Positions 1 to 8,583 are shown, numbered from the stretch's first letter. The stretch: DNA of 22,604 bases from Bdellovibrionales bacterium (GCA_050250255.1 JBFWOZ010000046.1:1-22604); one strand, 5' to 3'. The notes: generated by a model from the letters alone, not told the origin. Numbers and translations: made by a program.

Positions 1-360
1 CAACAACTATGCGTGCATATGATTGATGTTGAAAAGGAGCTAATTTCTCGCATTATGCGCCTTTATCCTCCAACAGGTCCTCAGCCTCAGAGAATTTTTG
101 AATTTTACTCTTTAAGCTCAAAATTAATGAATAGCCCAGGCTTTCGCATTTGGAATGGCCCTGCTCAAGATTGGAAAGCGATCCAATACGACATTTGTAA
201 GGGTGTGGGGAAATATGCGGGACATTTTGGTGAGTCTTTAGCCAAAGTCCTTCAGGTAGAAACTCGCATCTTGAAGTTGTACACACCAAGTCTTTTTGAA
301 AACCGCGTGATTGGGTTCCCTCGAGAAGATTCTGTCGCGGCTTTCTTAGATACACTCTAA
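1..360 (+). CDS. Hypothetical protein, 3' part (probably truncated by the window edge)
   Basis: Frame 1 is open from base 1 (CAA CAA CTA TGC GTG CAT ATG...) to TAA at 358-360. No recognisable motif. Confidence 0.55.
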   Translation, partial: QQLCVHMIDVEKELISRIMRLYPPTGPQPQRIFEFYSLSSKLMNSPGFRIWNGPAQDWKAIQYDICKGVGKYAGHFGESLAKVLQVETRILKLYTPSLFENRVIGFPREDSVAAFLDTL

Positions 361-367
361 AGTTGAA

Positions 368-772
368 TTACTTAGACCATTTCTTCTCGAAGTCGCTCAT
401 ACGACTTTCGAGGCGGTCTTGGCGATCGTAAAGATTCGCGTAACCATCGAGGACATAAACATTACGTGCGTTTTGCTCTTCAACAATTAGAGTTAGTTTA
501 TGAATTATGGACTTAAGTTCATAAAACTGCGTGTCCATTTTTAAAGTTAGCCGTTGCTCTACGCCATCGATTTTAGTCTCAAGCCGTTGTTCGGTACCAT
601 CAATGCATTTTTCTAATCCACCTACTTTTAGATCCAGCCTTTTGATATCGCTTTTAAGTTCGTTACGAACTTCAAAAAGCATGTCCTGAGTCGCCGGTAC
701 TTGTTTTTTGCGTACAGGTTTTACCGACGGTGTTCTTTTATAAGTTTTTGTATTTTCTCGTACTTCCATCAT
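368..772 (-). CDS. Small coiled-coil protein with 11-aa repeats (Bdr/DUF1640-like architecture)
   Basis: Likely start is ATG at 772 (MMEVRENTK...), 8 nt after a TACCTT -10 box. Basic N-terminus, then IDGTEQRLETK/IDGVEQRLTLK repeats and a heptad-rich C-terminus. Confidence 0.7.
   Translation of the reverse strand: MMEVRENTKTYKRTPSVKPVRKKQVPATQDMLFEVRNELKSDIKRLDLKVGGLEKCIDGTEQRLETKIDGVEQRLTLKMDTQFYELKSIIHKLTLIVEEQNARNVYVLDGYANLYDRQDRLESRMSDFEKKWSK
549..614. repeat. Imperfect 33-bp tandem repeat (2 units) encoding 11-aa repeats
   Basis: AGCCGTTG recurs at 549 and 582, each followed by CCATC at the same offset. Confidence 0.75.
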
Positions 773-780
773 GGAAAAGG

Positions 781-810
781 AAGGTAGCAAGTTGAGGGGA
801 AGGCTGTCCA
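781..810 (-). promoter_or_regulatory. sigma70-like promoter (TGGACA-18-TACCTT, extended TG) for the coiled-coil gene; likely leaderless
   Basis: Minus strand: TGGACA (810-805), 18 nt, TACCTT (786-781) preceded by TGc, 8 nt, ATG at 772. No SD. Confidence 0.5.
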
Positions 811-939
811 TCAGCTAAAATTCTTTTCCCATCTCTGAAAAATCGGCTTACGGAATATGGTTCTGTTTCTTCTTAACCTCAGAGTTTCCCAAGTTGGCGA
901 AAAGTCTTCCCATCTAGCCGTTGGCGCAGGGCGCCAGGC

Positions 940-969
940 TCGACATTACATAATAAAATAAGCTAATTT
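940..969 (+). promoter_or_regulatory. sigma70-like promoter (TCGACA-18-TAATTT) for the S2P-trpS-scpAB operon; likely leaderless
   Basis: TCGACA 940-945, TAATTT 964-969, 7 nt, ATG at 977. Confidence 0.5.
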
Positions 970-976
970 CTAGGTC

Positions 977-1633
977 ATGGATCTCATGGAAATTGGTGCG
1001 AAAATTGGGCTGTTTTTCATCCCATTTTTATTCTCTCTTTGCTTTCACGAATACGCTCACGGGTGGGTGGCCAACAAACTTGGCGATAACACGGCACGCG
1101 TGATGGGGCGCCTGACGATGAACCCTATCGCTCATGCCGATTTGATCGGGACTATTATTCTTCCGCTCGCCTCGATTTTAACGAACATTCCTTTTTTTGG
1201 TTGGGCGAAGCCCGTTCCGGTGAACGAAAGAAATCTTCGTCATCCTAAGCAAGATATGTTTTGGGTGGCCTTTGCGGGCCCAGGCTCGAACATTTTACTC
1301 GCGTTCATTGGTGCGCTTGTGATTGCGGCCGCTCTTTCGTTTCTAAAAGATTTAGATACCATGCGTGCAGTGGTGGAGTTTTTAAAGACCTTTATTCAGA
1401 TCAATCTTTTCCTCGCGGTTTTTAATTTGATTCCGCTTCATCCTCTCGATGGTGGGAAAGTTCTCGCACGTTTCTTACCCGACCATATCAATCAACAGCT
1501 TGAGGCCAACCAACACGTCACTTCGATGATTCTTCTTTTTCTTTTTATCAGCGGGGGTTTAAGAATCTTAGTTCAGCCGGTAATGGTCGCTCAGGGTTAT
1601 CTCTTTCAGTTTATTCAGTGGTTGGTGATCTGA
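977..1633 (+). CDS. Site-2 protease family (M50) intramembrane Zn metalloprotease
   Basis: HEYAH zinc motif, GRLTMNP, FGWAKPVPVN, AGPGSN, NLIPLHPLDGG (NxxPxxxLDG), and several TM segments. Confidence 0.95.
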   Translation: MDLMEIGAKIGLFFIPFLFSLCFHEYAHGWVANKLGDNTARVMGRLTMNPIAHADLIGTIILPLASILTNIPFFGWAKPVPVNERNLRHPKQDMFWVAFAGPGSNILLAFIGALVIAAALSFLKDLDTMRAVVEFLKTFIQINLFLAVFNLIPLHPLDGGKVLARFLPDHINQQLEANQHVTSMILLFLFISGGLRILVQPVMVAQGYLFQFIQWLVI

Positions 1634-2649
1634 TGTCAAAACCAAGACTCATGAGCGGAATGCGACCTACCGGCCGATTACATATGGGTAACTATATGGG
1701 TGCGCTGAAAAACTGGGTCAAAATGCAAGACGACTACGAATGCTTTTTTGGCGTGGTTGACTGGCATGCGATGACCGATGCTTATCGCACGGTGAATGAC
1801 GTCAGACAGGCGACCAAAGAATTCGTGGCCGAGTGGGTGGCTTGGGGCATTGATCCTAAAAAATCGACGATTTTTATTCAGAGTTTGGTTCCAGAACATA
1901 TTGAACTTCACATGATGTTTTCGAACATCACTCCCGTGGGTTGGCTCGAGCGCGTGACCACTTGGAAGGACGCCGAAGAAGAGTTGAAGCAAAAAGATGC
2001 TCATAATTTAGGTCGTTTTGCTTATCCTGTTCTTCAAGCCGCGGACATTGCTGTTTACCGAGGACAAAAAGTGCCGGTGGGTCGTGATCAGGTTCCTCAT
2101 TTGGAGCTCGCCCGCGAAATCATTCGACGATTCAACCATCTCTATTCGCTGAAGATTCCTGAGCCCGAGGCCGTGTTAACAGAAACCCCGGCGCTGACGG
2201 GTACGGATGGGCGAAAGATGTCCAAAAGTTACGGAAATATTATTCCGCTGACCATGGAAGAGCCAGAAATCAAAGATATGCTTCGTAAAATGCCTACAGA
2301 TCCACAGCGAGTCAGGCGCACGGATCCCGGGGAACCCACGGTTTGCCCCGTTTACGGGCAGCACAAAATGTTTTCTTCGCAAGACGATTTAGCTTGGGTG
2401 GAGCAGGGTTGCCGCACGGCCGGCATTGGCTGTGGCGACTGCAAAGGCCGACTGGGCGAGAATTTGAACAAATTCATGCAGGGACCGCGGGAACGTAAAA
2501 AAGAAATCTTGAATGATTCTAAGCTCCTTGGTTCAATCATTGACGAGGGTTGCCAGAAGGCACGCGTTGAAGCACAAAAAACTTTGAAAGAAGTGCGTGC
2601 GGCCATGGGTTTTTATCACAGCACTCAAGAGTTACTGGACAAGAGATAG
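1633..2649 (+). CDS. trpS: Tryptophan--tRNA ligase
   Basis: SGMRPTGRLHMGNY (HIGH-like), YPVLQAADI, VPVGRDQ and KMSKS motifs. ATG at 1633 overlaps the upstream TGA (TGATG). C-terminal Cys cluster (C..C..GCGDCK). Confidence 0.97.
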   Translation: MSKPRLMSGMRPTGRLHMGNYMGALKNWVKMQDDYECFFGVVDWHAMTDAYRTVNDVRQATKEFVAEWVAWGIDPKKSTIFIQSLVPEHIELHMMFSNITPVGWLERVTTWKDAEEELKQKDAHNLGRFAYPVLQAADIAVYRGQKVPVGRDQVPHLELAREIIRRFNHLYSLKIPEPEAVLTETPALTGTDGRKMSKSYGNIIPLTMEEPEIKDMLRKMPTDPQRVRRTDPGEPTVCPVYGQHKMFSSQDDLAWVEQGCRTAGIGCGDCKGRLGENLNKFMQGPRERKKEILNDSKLLGSIIDEGCQKARVEAQKTLKEVRAAMGFYHSTQELLDKR

Positions 2650-2667
2650 TCGCGGAGGAGTTGTTTT

Positions 2668-3819
2668 TTGAGCATTCGAGTTCAGCTGGATCAATTTGAA
2701 GGACCTTTAGATCTTCTTCTCCATCTCATTCGCAAAAATGAAATGGATATTTACGACATCGAAATCCATAAAATCACTCATCAATATCTTGAGTTTTTAA
2801 AAATCATGAAAGAGTTAGATTTGGAACTCGCGGGCGAATTCATCGCCATGGCTTCCATGCTGATTCATATCAAATCAAAAATGCTTCTCCCGAACTACGA
2901 TGAAAATGGAGAAGTGGTTACGGAAGAGGATCCACGTAAAGAACTCGTGAGTCGACTTCTCGAGTACCAACAATTTCAAGAGGCTTCTCAGTGGTTTAAA
3001 AAACGCCCTCTCTTAGGCCGTGATCAGTGGCGCCGTGGTTTTCGTGAAATCTGGAGTGACGGGGAGCACGCGATCATTCTTGATGAAGGCGGACTCTTTG
3101 CGATGATCGGGCTTTACCGCAAGGTGATTCAGAAGGCGAAAAAAGGAATTCACGTCGTGATGGAGAAAGCGCAGTCGCTTTCCGCACGTATTTTGGAACT
3201 CAAAGATCGCCTCATCATCGGTCAGCAAACCACGCTTGACGATTTGATGCTCACGCACGAACGTACAAAAACAAAATTTGTGATCACCTTCATGTCAGTT
3301 CTGGAATTAGCCCGACTTGGTTTTATTTCGGTTTTTCAAAACGAAACTTTCGGTTCAGTGTACGTAAACCCCCTTAAGACGATTGAGAAGGATGTTGTTT
3401 CTCAGGTTCAGGAACTTGAAAATCCTGAGATCCAACCCGCATCCCCTGCAGAACTCGCCAATAAAATGGTAAAAGTGGAAGAAGAGCCGACGCAACTTGA
3501 AATGGCCAGTGATGAAGACATTGAGGCTTTAGAAAAACAACTCGAAGCTCAGCAGCTGGCAGAGGAAGTAGCCGCTTCTGAAGAATTACTCAGTCTTGCT
3601 GAAGGAATGGATATTCCTCAAGAAATTCCCTCGATGAGCGAGGAATTCGATTCTCTTCAAGCGACTGAGAATATGGATTTGGGACTTCCCGAAGTATTAA
3701 CAAAAGAAGATTTATTGCAGCCTGTAGATTCACAGCCGATTACTGAGACATCCTCAGAGTCAGCTTCTGAATCCTCAGAGGTTTTACCCGATAGAAGCGA
3801 CAAGGAGTTAGACGTATGA
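2668..3819 (+). CDS. scpA: Segregation/condensation protein A (kleisin) with a long acidic C-terminal extension
   Basis: FEGPLDLLLHLIRKNEMDIYDI, IKSKMLLP, EDPRKELVSRLLEY, TFMSVLEL. TTG start with SD GGAGGAG. Confidence 0.93.
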   Translation: MSIRVQLDQFEGPLDLLLHLIRKNEMDIYDIEIHKITHQYLEFLKIMKELDLELAGEFIAMASMLIHIKSKMLLPNYDENGEVVTEEDPRKELVSRLLEYQQFQEASQWFKKRPLLGRDQWRRGFREIWSDGEHAIILDEGGLFAMIGLYRKVIQKAKKGIHVVMEKAQSLSARILELKDRLIIGQQTTLDDLMLTHERTKTKFVITFMSVLELARLGFISVFQNETFGSVYVNPLKTIEKDVVSQVQELENPEIQPASPAELANKMVKVEEEPTQLEMASDEDIEALEKQLEAQQLAEEVAASEELLSLAEGMDIPQEIPSMSEEFDSLQATENMDLGLPEVLTKEDLLQPVDSQPITETSSESASESSEVLPDRSDKELDV

Positions 3820-5228
3820 GCCGTGGTGAAAAACAAACAGAGAAACAAAGAAGCCCCTCTCGCTCAAAACAAAACGAAAAGAAATCTTCTAAAAAGAAGA
3901 ACTCAAAAAATCTTGTAGAAGCTTTAAGTGATCTTCAAGACGAGGCCATTGCTGCTGCAGAAGCCAAGCAAGAAGTGATGGAGCCGGCGATTGAAGTAAC
4001 AGTAGATGAAGATGCAGTAAGCCCTGAGCTTATGGCAGAAGGTTTAGCTTCGGAAAATTTCGGGACAGCCGGTGAAGAAGTCGAAGCTATTGAGCCCGAC
4101 GAAGAGTCGGTTCCAGAAAATTTAGAAATGGTTCAGGTTAAGTCGGTGATCGAAAGTCTCCTTCTTGCGGCCGAAAAGCCAATGACGATGAGTGTTTTGA
4201 AAGAAGTTTTTAAAGGTACTAACACTCCGACCGACATCATCAAGCGCTGCCTCAACGATCTTTTGATTGAATATGCCGGTGCAGAGCGTGGAATGAGCTT
4301 GATGGAAATTGGCGGAGGTTATCAACTTCGTACAAAAGCCGAAAACATGGTGTTCGTGAGACGACTCACGAAAGGTCGGCCGTTTCGTCTCTCGGGTCCA
4401 GCTCTCGAAGTACTTTCGATCATTGCCTACAAGCAGCCTATTATTAAAGCAGAAGTAGATTCCATTCGTGGAGTGGAATCAGGTCACTTGGTGCGCGCTC
4501 TTATGGACCGCAGCCTCGTGAAGTTTGTTGGTAAAAGTGAGTTACCTGGAAAACCGATGGTTTATGGAACGACTCGCAAATTTTTAGAAATTTTTGGTTT
4601 AAGAGATTTACGAGAGCTTCCTTCTTTGAGCGAGATCGATGAACTTCTCCCAGATGGAATGACGGAAGAAGAAGCAAAGCCAGAGCGCGATTGGGATACG
4701 ATCAGCGAAATGTCGATGCAAGTAGTTCAAGATCACTCACGAGAAGAAGAATGGTCGAAAATCACGGAGCAAATTGCTCAAATTGAAACCTCGACGGACT
4801 TTTTTGAACAAGAAAAGATTCGCCAACGTCAGGAACGTGATAAGCAGCGCGCAGAAGATATTCGTGATGCTTTGAATGCCAACGAAGAAGTGGATTCGAA
4901 AGAAAAGCGTTGGCTCGCCCGTTATGAAGCTTCGCTCATAAAACCCGTAGAAGCTCCCGCAGCAAGTCCGTTAGAAGAAATGGCAGCATCTGTAGAAGGC
5001 GAAGAGCCAAATCAAAATCAGGCAGAAGAACCTGCAGAGGCTTCTCCGCTTGAAACTGCAGCGGCACTCTCCGATGAGGAAGAGGCGGCACTGTTTTCCG
5101 TCCCTCATGATGATAATGAGAGTCCGTCTGAATCTTCTGAAGAAGCGAATCCAGAGCTCACGATGGAAGAGATGCAGAAAATCAAACTAGAAGAAGCCTT
5201 GAAGGATTTTGACACTGAGAATGAGTAA
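3816..5228 (+). CDS. scpB: SMC-Scp complex subunit ScpB with N- and C-terminal low-complexity extensions
   Basis: IESLLLAAEKP, GYQLRTK, LSGPALEVLSIIAYKQP, IRGVES, GKPMVYGTTRKFLEIFGL..L.ELP. ATGA overlap with scpA. Confidence 0.93.
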   Translation: MSRGEKQTEKQRSPSRSKQNEKKSSKKKNSKNLVEALSDLQDEAIAAAEAKQEVMEPAIEVTVDEDAVSPELMAEGLASENFGTAGEEVEAIEPDEESVPENLEMVQVKSVIESLLLAAEKPMTMSVLKEVFKGTNTPTDIIKRCLNDLLIEYAGAERGMSLMEIGGGYQLRTKAENMVFVRRLTKGRPFRLSGPALEVLSIIAYKQPIIKAEVDSIRGVESGHLVRALMDRSLVKFVGKSELPGKPMVYGTTRKFLEIFGLRDLRELPSLSEIDELLPDGMTEEEAKPERDWDTISEMSMQVVQDHSREEEWSKITEQIAQIETSTDFFEQEKIRQRQERDKQRAEDIRDALNANEEVDSKEKRWLARYEASLIKPVEAPAASPLEEMAASVEGEEPNQNQAEEPAEASPLETAAALSDEEEAALFSVPHDDNESPSESSEEANPELTMEEMQKIKLEEALKDFDTENE

Positions 5229-5769
5229 AACTCTCTCAAAGCGTTTGATCTCGGTTCTTTTAGTTTTTCATCTGCTCGTGATCGGAATTTTCCCGGTTGC
5301 GAGCTCTTATTTATGGACTTTTTTTTCTCCTCTTATGATTCCATATGCAAACGCACTAGGGATCAATTCCTCTTGGCAGTTCTTTGCCCCCGAACCTGAA
5401 ACATGGATTTATTTAGAATACGAAATTGAACACGAAGAAGTGGCTGACGATCTAGCAAGATCCAGCCTTCACAAATGGCCACCTCCTCGCAAGATACCTT
5501 TTGATCTGCTGTACACCTGGCACTCTTCCATGAAGGCGTTTGCATTTACGTTTCCACAGCAGTTGCCCCTCACGCTGGGACGCTGGATGTGTCGCCAGCA
5601 TCCCGAGGCCTTTTCCATCACATTTCGTCGGGTGACCTTACAAATTCCCACATTTCAAAACGTGGTGGACGGTCAAAAAATCATTGAAGAAAATTCGATG
5701 ATTGCGGATTTAGGCTCTATCGTTTGTTCCGATGTACGCGAGCTTCATCAAGAAACGGAAAGTCTATGA
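5221..5769 (+). CDS. Membrane-anchored protein, DUF5819/SdpA-like partner of HTTM proteins
   Basis: N-terminal hydrophobic segment, WQFFAPEP (WxFFAPxP) motif and two distal Cys. ATG at 5221 overlaps the end of scpB by 8 nt. Confidence 0.6.
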   Translation: MSKTLSKRLISVLLVFHLLVIGIFPVASSYLWTFFSPLMIPYANALGINSSWQFFAPEPETWIYLEYEIEHEEVADDLARSSLHKWPPPRKIPFDLLYTWHSSMKAFAFTFPQQLPLTLGRWMCRQHPEAFSITFRRVTLQIPTFQNVVDGQKIIEENSMIADLGSIVCSDVRELHQETESL

Positions 5770-6659
5770 CATCCGTAATTAGTAAGCTTAAAGATTTTGA
5801 AAAATCGTGGAACGAATTTTGGTTTTGCTCAGTGGATTTGCGTTTTGTTTCACTTTTTCGTCAGCTTTTTGGACTCGTCATTTTTTCTTATTACGGCTTT
5901 CGTTGGATTTATTTAAAACTCTTTTTTACTGATGAAGGTTTAGTCCCTTTGCAAGAGGGGATGCATTTCTTTTCAGGACGTTTTTTTGCTTTTTACTTTT
6001 GGTTCCCGCAATCTCTAGAAGCCATTCATCTTCTCTATGCGGGTTTTATGCTCTCGCTCGCTTTGTTAACACTCGGGATAAAGCCGCGTTTATTTGCATG
6101 GATTGCGCTTTTTTTACATCTGCTTTTTGTTCAGAGAAATTACGCCGTTATTTACGGAGCAGATAAAGTTGTGTCTTGCTGGCTTTTGTATCTTGGACTC
6201 TGTGCGAGTTCGGTGAAGATAAAAAGTAAAGAGCCTGTTTGGTCGACGGATTTATGGAGTGGAGTGGGTGTCAGGCTTATTCAGATCCAACTCTGTGTGA
6301 TTTATCTTTATTCGGGTCTTGAAAAGCTAAGGGGTGGAACTTGGTGGTCAGGAACCGCGCTTTGGGCCATTCTTACCAACCAGGATTTAGTCTATTTTGA
6401 TTTTTCGTTTTTGGCTCATTTCCCACTTCTGGTGGTTATGGGATCCTACTTTGCGATTTTCTTTGAACTCTATTTCCCGGTAGCGATGACCTATCCAAAG
6501 CTTCGTCTCTGGTGGCTGAAGCTAGGAGCCGCATTTCACGTGTTAATTGGGCTACTTATGAACCTCCCGGCCTTCTCACTTGTGATGGTCTTACCCTATC
6601 TTTTATTCCTTCCCCAGGTGGTGCGAAAAAACCGCCTTGACCCCCTAAAAGCTCAGTAA
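5766..6659 (+). CDS. HTTM-domain multi-pass membrane protein (SdpB / vitamin K-dependent carboxylase N-terminal-like)
   Basis: W..FWF, RN..V.YGAD, RLIQIQLCVIYLYSGLEKLRGGTWWSGTAL, FH.LIG.LM. About 7 TM segments. ATGA overlap with the upstream gene. Confidence 0.85.
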   Translation: MTSVISKLKDFEKSWNEFWFCSVDLRFVSLFRQLFGLVIFSYYGFRWIYLKLFFTDEGLVPLQEGMHFFSGRFFAFYFWFPQSLEAIHLLYAGFMLSLALLTLGIKPRLFAWIALFLHLLFVQRNYAVIYGADKVVSCWLLYLGLCASSVKIKSKEPVWSTDLWSGVGVRLIQIQLCVIYLYSGLEKLRGGTWWSGTALWAILTNQDLVYFDFSFLAHFPLLVVMGSYFAIFFELYFPVAMTYPKLRLWWLKLGAAFHVLIGLLMNLPAFSLVMVLPYLLFLPQVVRKNRLDPLKAQ

Positions 6660-6684
6660 TACATCAACTTTGCGGGGGCAATGG

Positions 6685-8085
6685 ATGCGTTTTTCTCTAC
6701 TTTTTATAGCAAGTGTACTATTAACGGTTTCTGCTCATGCTCATCCCACTTTCAATGCTTCTCTGGAACAACTTCAAACCGCGCAAACGAATACTCACAT
6801 TTTAAACTTTAAGCTCAAGCAGGGCGCAAGCGTTCCTCATTTGAAGGAAAGTATTCTAAAAGCCTCCGGTAATTCCGTCATGATTTTGCCGGTCTTTCGC
6901 CATTGGCAAAAAGATCTTCTAACCCATCCTCTCGCTCTTTATTATTACGCTTATTATGCGCACGAACTTTCTGTGAGCGAAGCGACTGATATTTTACATC
7001 GCCTTTCTTCAGCAGAAGGTGTGGAGTATGCCTATTTTGAACCCTACTATAAAGATGCTGGGTTTTCTGAAGTTGAGCCGTTACCGGTGGTCGAGCAAGA
7101 TCCATTGGAACCAATTCCCAACCTCGAAAGCGAACAGTATTATTTAAAAGCTGCACCTGACGGTATGGGAGCATTTGCGGCTTGGAAACTTCCTGGTGGA
7201 ACCGGAAAAGGTTTACGAGTTTTAGATATTGAAACGGGTTGGTTCACAGATCACGTCGAGTTTGCGCCTACATTTTACGATAATAATAAAAATCAATTCA
7301 GAGATCACGGAACTGCCGTTTGGGGTGAAATCGCCGCAAAACGTGATGGCGTAGGAACAACAGGAATTGCTTACGAGGCTGATTTTGCAATTGCTGGTCA
7401 CGGAGTCACTGGAGACTTCCGCGTGTTTCCGAAAGTGTTGGCGACGGTGATTGAAGAGTCTGTTCTCCGCTTAAGTGCGGGGGATGTGATGATTCTTCCG
7501 ATGCAAGTTTCTGCCGTGAATAATTTGTCGGTTCCCGTCGAATATTTTCCTGAAGTTTTTGAGGCAGTAAAAGCCACCGTACAAAAAGGAATTTTTTGTA
7601 TTGCAGCAGCTGGTAATTCGGAGATGGATTTAGATCATCCAAGATATGATGGGGCTTTTGATCTAAGAGTTCGTGATTCGGGGTGCATCATTGTTGGCGC
7701 TACGGAAAGCCCTATGCATGTACCGCCAAGAGTGAAAGCTGATTATTCGAACTTTGGTTCACGCGTAGATGTTGCGGGATTTGGCCGAGACCTCACCACG
7801 ACAGGTTTTGGGAATCGGTATAATGCGCGTACGGCCGAGGGAAAACTCGCCTCTTACACCTCTTTTTTTAACGGCACTTCTGCTGCAGTTCCACTTGTGG
7901 CAGGAGCGGTTGTTTCCACTCTAGGAATTTTAAAAGCGAAGGGGATTCAAGTCACACCTCTTCAAATGCGTGAAGCTCTTCGTGCCACCGGCACTCCGCA
8001 AACGGGAGACACTACAAAACGTATTGGTAATCTCCCTGAGATCAAACAACTCGTTCAATACCTCACGCTCTCAAAAGGCGAATAA
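6685..8085 (+). CDS. Secreted S8 (subtilisin-like) serine peptidase
   Basis: Signal peptide MRFSLLFIASVLLTVSAHA and a propeptide. Catalytic D (LDIETG), H (DHGTAVWG), oxyanion N (AAAGN) and S (FNGTSAAVPLVAG). Also YSNFGSRVD. Confidence 0.93.
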   Translation: MRFSLLFIASVLLTVSAHAHPTFNASLEQLQTAQTNTHILNFKLKQGASVPHLKESILKASGNSVMILPVFRHWQKDLLTHPLALYYYAYYAHELSVSEATDILHRLSSAEGVEYAYFEPYYKDAGFSEVEPLPVVEQDPLEPIPNLESEQYYLKAAPDGMGAFAAWKLPGGTGKGLRVLDIETGWFTDHVEFAPTFYDNNKNQFRDHGTAVWGEIAAKRDGVGTTGIAYEADFAIAGHGVTGDFRVFPKVLATVIEESVLRLSAGDVMILPMQVSAVNNLSVPVEYFPEVFEAVKATVQKGIFCIAAAGNSEMDLDHPRYDGAFDLRVRDSGCIIVGATESPMHVPPRVKADYSNFGSRVDVAGFGRDLTTTGFGNRYNARTAEGKLASYTSFFNGTSAAVPLVAGAVVSTLGILKAKGIQVTPLQMREALRATGTPQTGDTTKRIGNLPEIKQLVQYLTLSKGE

Positions 8086-8088
8086 GAT

Positions 8089-8520
8089 TCACTCTAAAAA
8101 AGTCACAGTGAGTTCGGCTGGTACGGATCCATCGTTCACAGGATAAGGAATTCCGTCCATATCTGTCTCCCAGTGGCTCAAATGCGCAACACCACTTAAG
8201 AGTTCGTTCTGGCGTGGGGGAAATTGCATGGTATTGAAGTAAAAGTCATAGGCATAAAATCCCCATTCAAACACAAAATTCACGTAAAGGTTTCCCCTCT
8301 TCTCTTTTGCTTTAAGAGTGATAGGACTGCTAAAAACTGTTCTTGAGCTGGAGTCTATGACCGCAATCGCTCCGTGATATTCGGCTTTGCGCTCATCCAC
8401 TCGCGATACGATACCCGAGAGAGAATATTTTTTGTTCAGAGAGCCAGAAAGTTTAAGAGTTGTAGAAGCTAGGCTCCAGCTCGCGGTGAAAGTAAAAAGG
8501 GCCGCCATTAAAAATTTCAT
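8089..8520 (-). CDS. Small secreted hypothetical protein, beta-rich
   Basis: SD GGAGG 5 nt before ATG at 8520. Signal peptide MKFLMAALFTFTASWSLA. Confidence 0.75.
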   Translation of the reverse strand: MKFLMAALFTFTASWSLASTTLKLSGSLNKKYSLSGIVSRVDERKAEYHGAIAVIDSSSRTVFSSPITLKAKEKRGNLYVNFVFEWGFYAYDFYFNTMQFPPRQNELLSGVAHLSHWETDMDGIPYPVNDGSVPAELTVTFLE

Positions 8521-8583
8521 AAGTTCCTCCAAGTGCGACAAGTAAAGAATCATATAAAAAGGAAGGCAAGAGGATTTGAGGTG

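Noticed and set aside
812..976. T-box or attenuator upstream of trpS
   Set aside because: No T-box consensus, Trp-rich leader peptide or terminator was seen. trpS is the second gene and the operon appears leaderless.
933..1294. CCAGGCTCGA shared by the promoter (934), the S2P coding region (1280) and 21593
   Set aside because: Only 10-12 bp. Two of the copies are explained by coding sequence (AGPGSN, VEPGK), so chance is sufficient.
3750..3780. ATCCTCAGAG direct repeat in the scpA tail
   Set aside because: Explained by low-complexity SSE coding sequence.
3390..6659. Idea that the HTTM protein gamma-carboxylates the Glu-rich ScpA/ScpB tails
   Set aside because: ScpAB are cytoplasmic, whereas the partner domain appears extracytoplasmic. 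The HTTM protein lacks the C-terminal carboxylase region, and adjacency is the only support.
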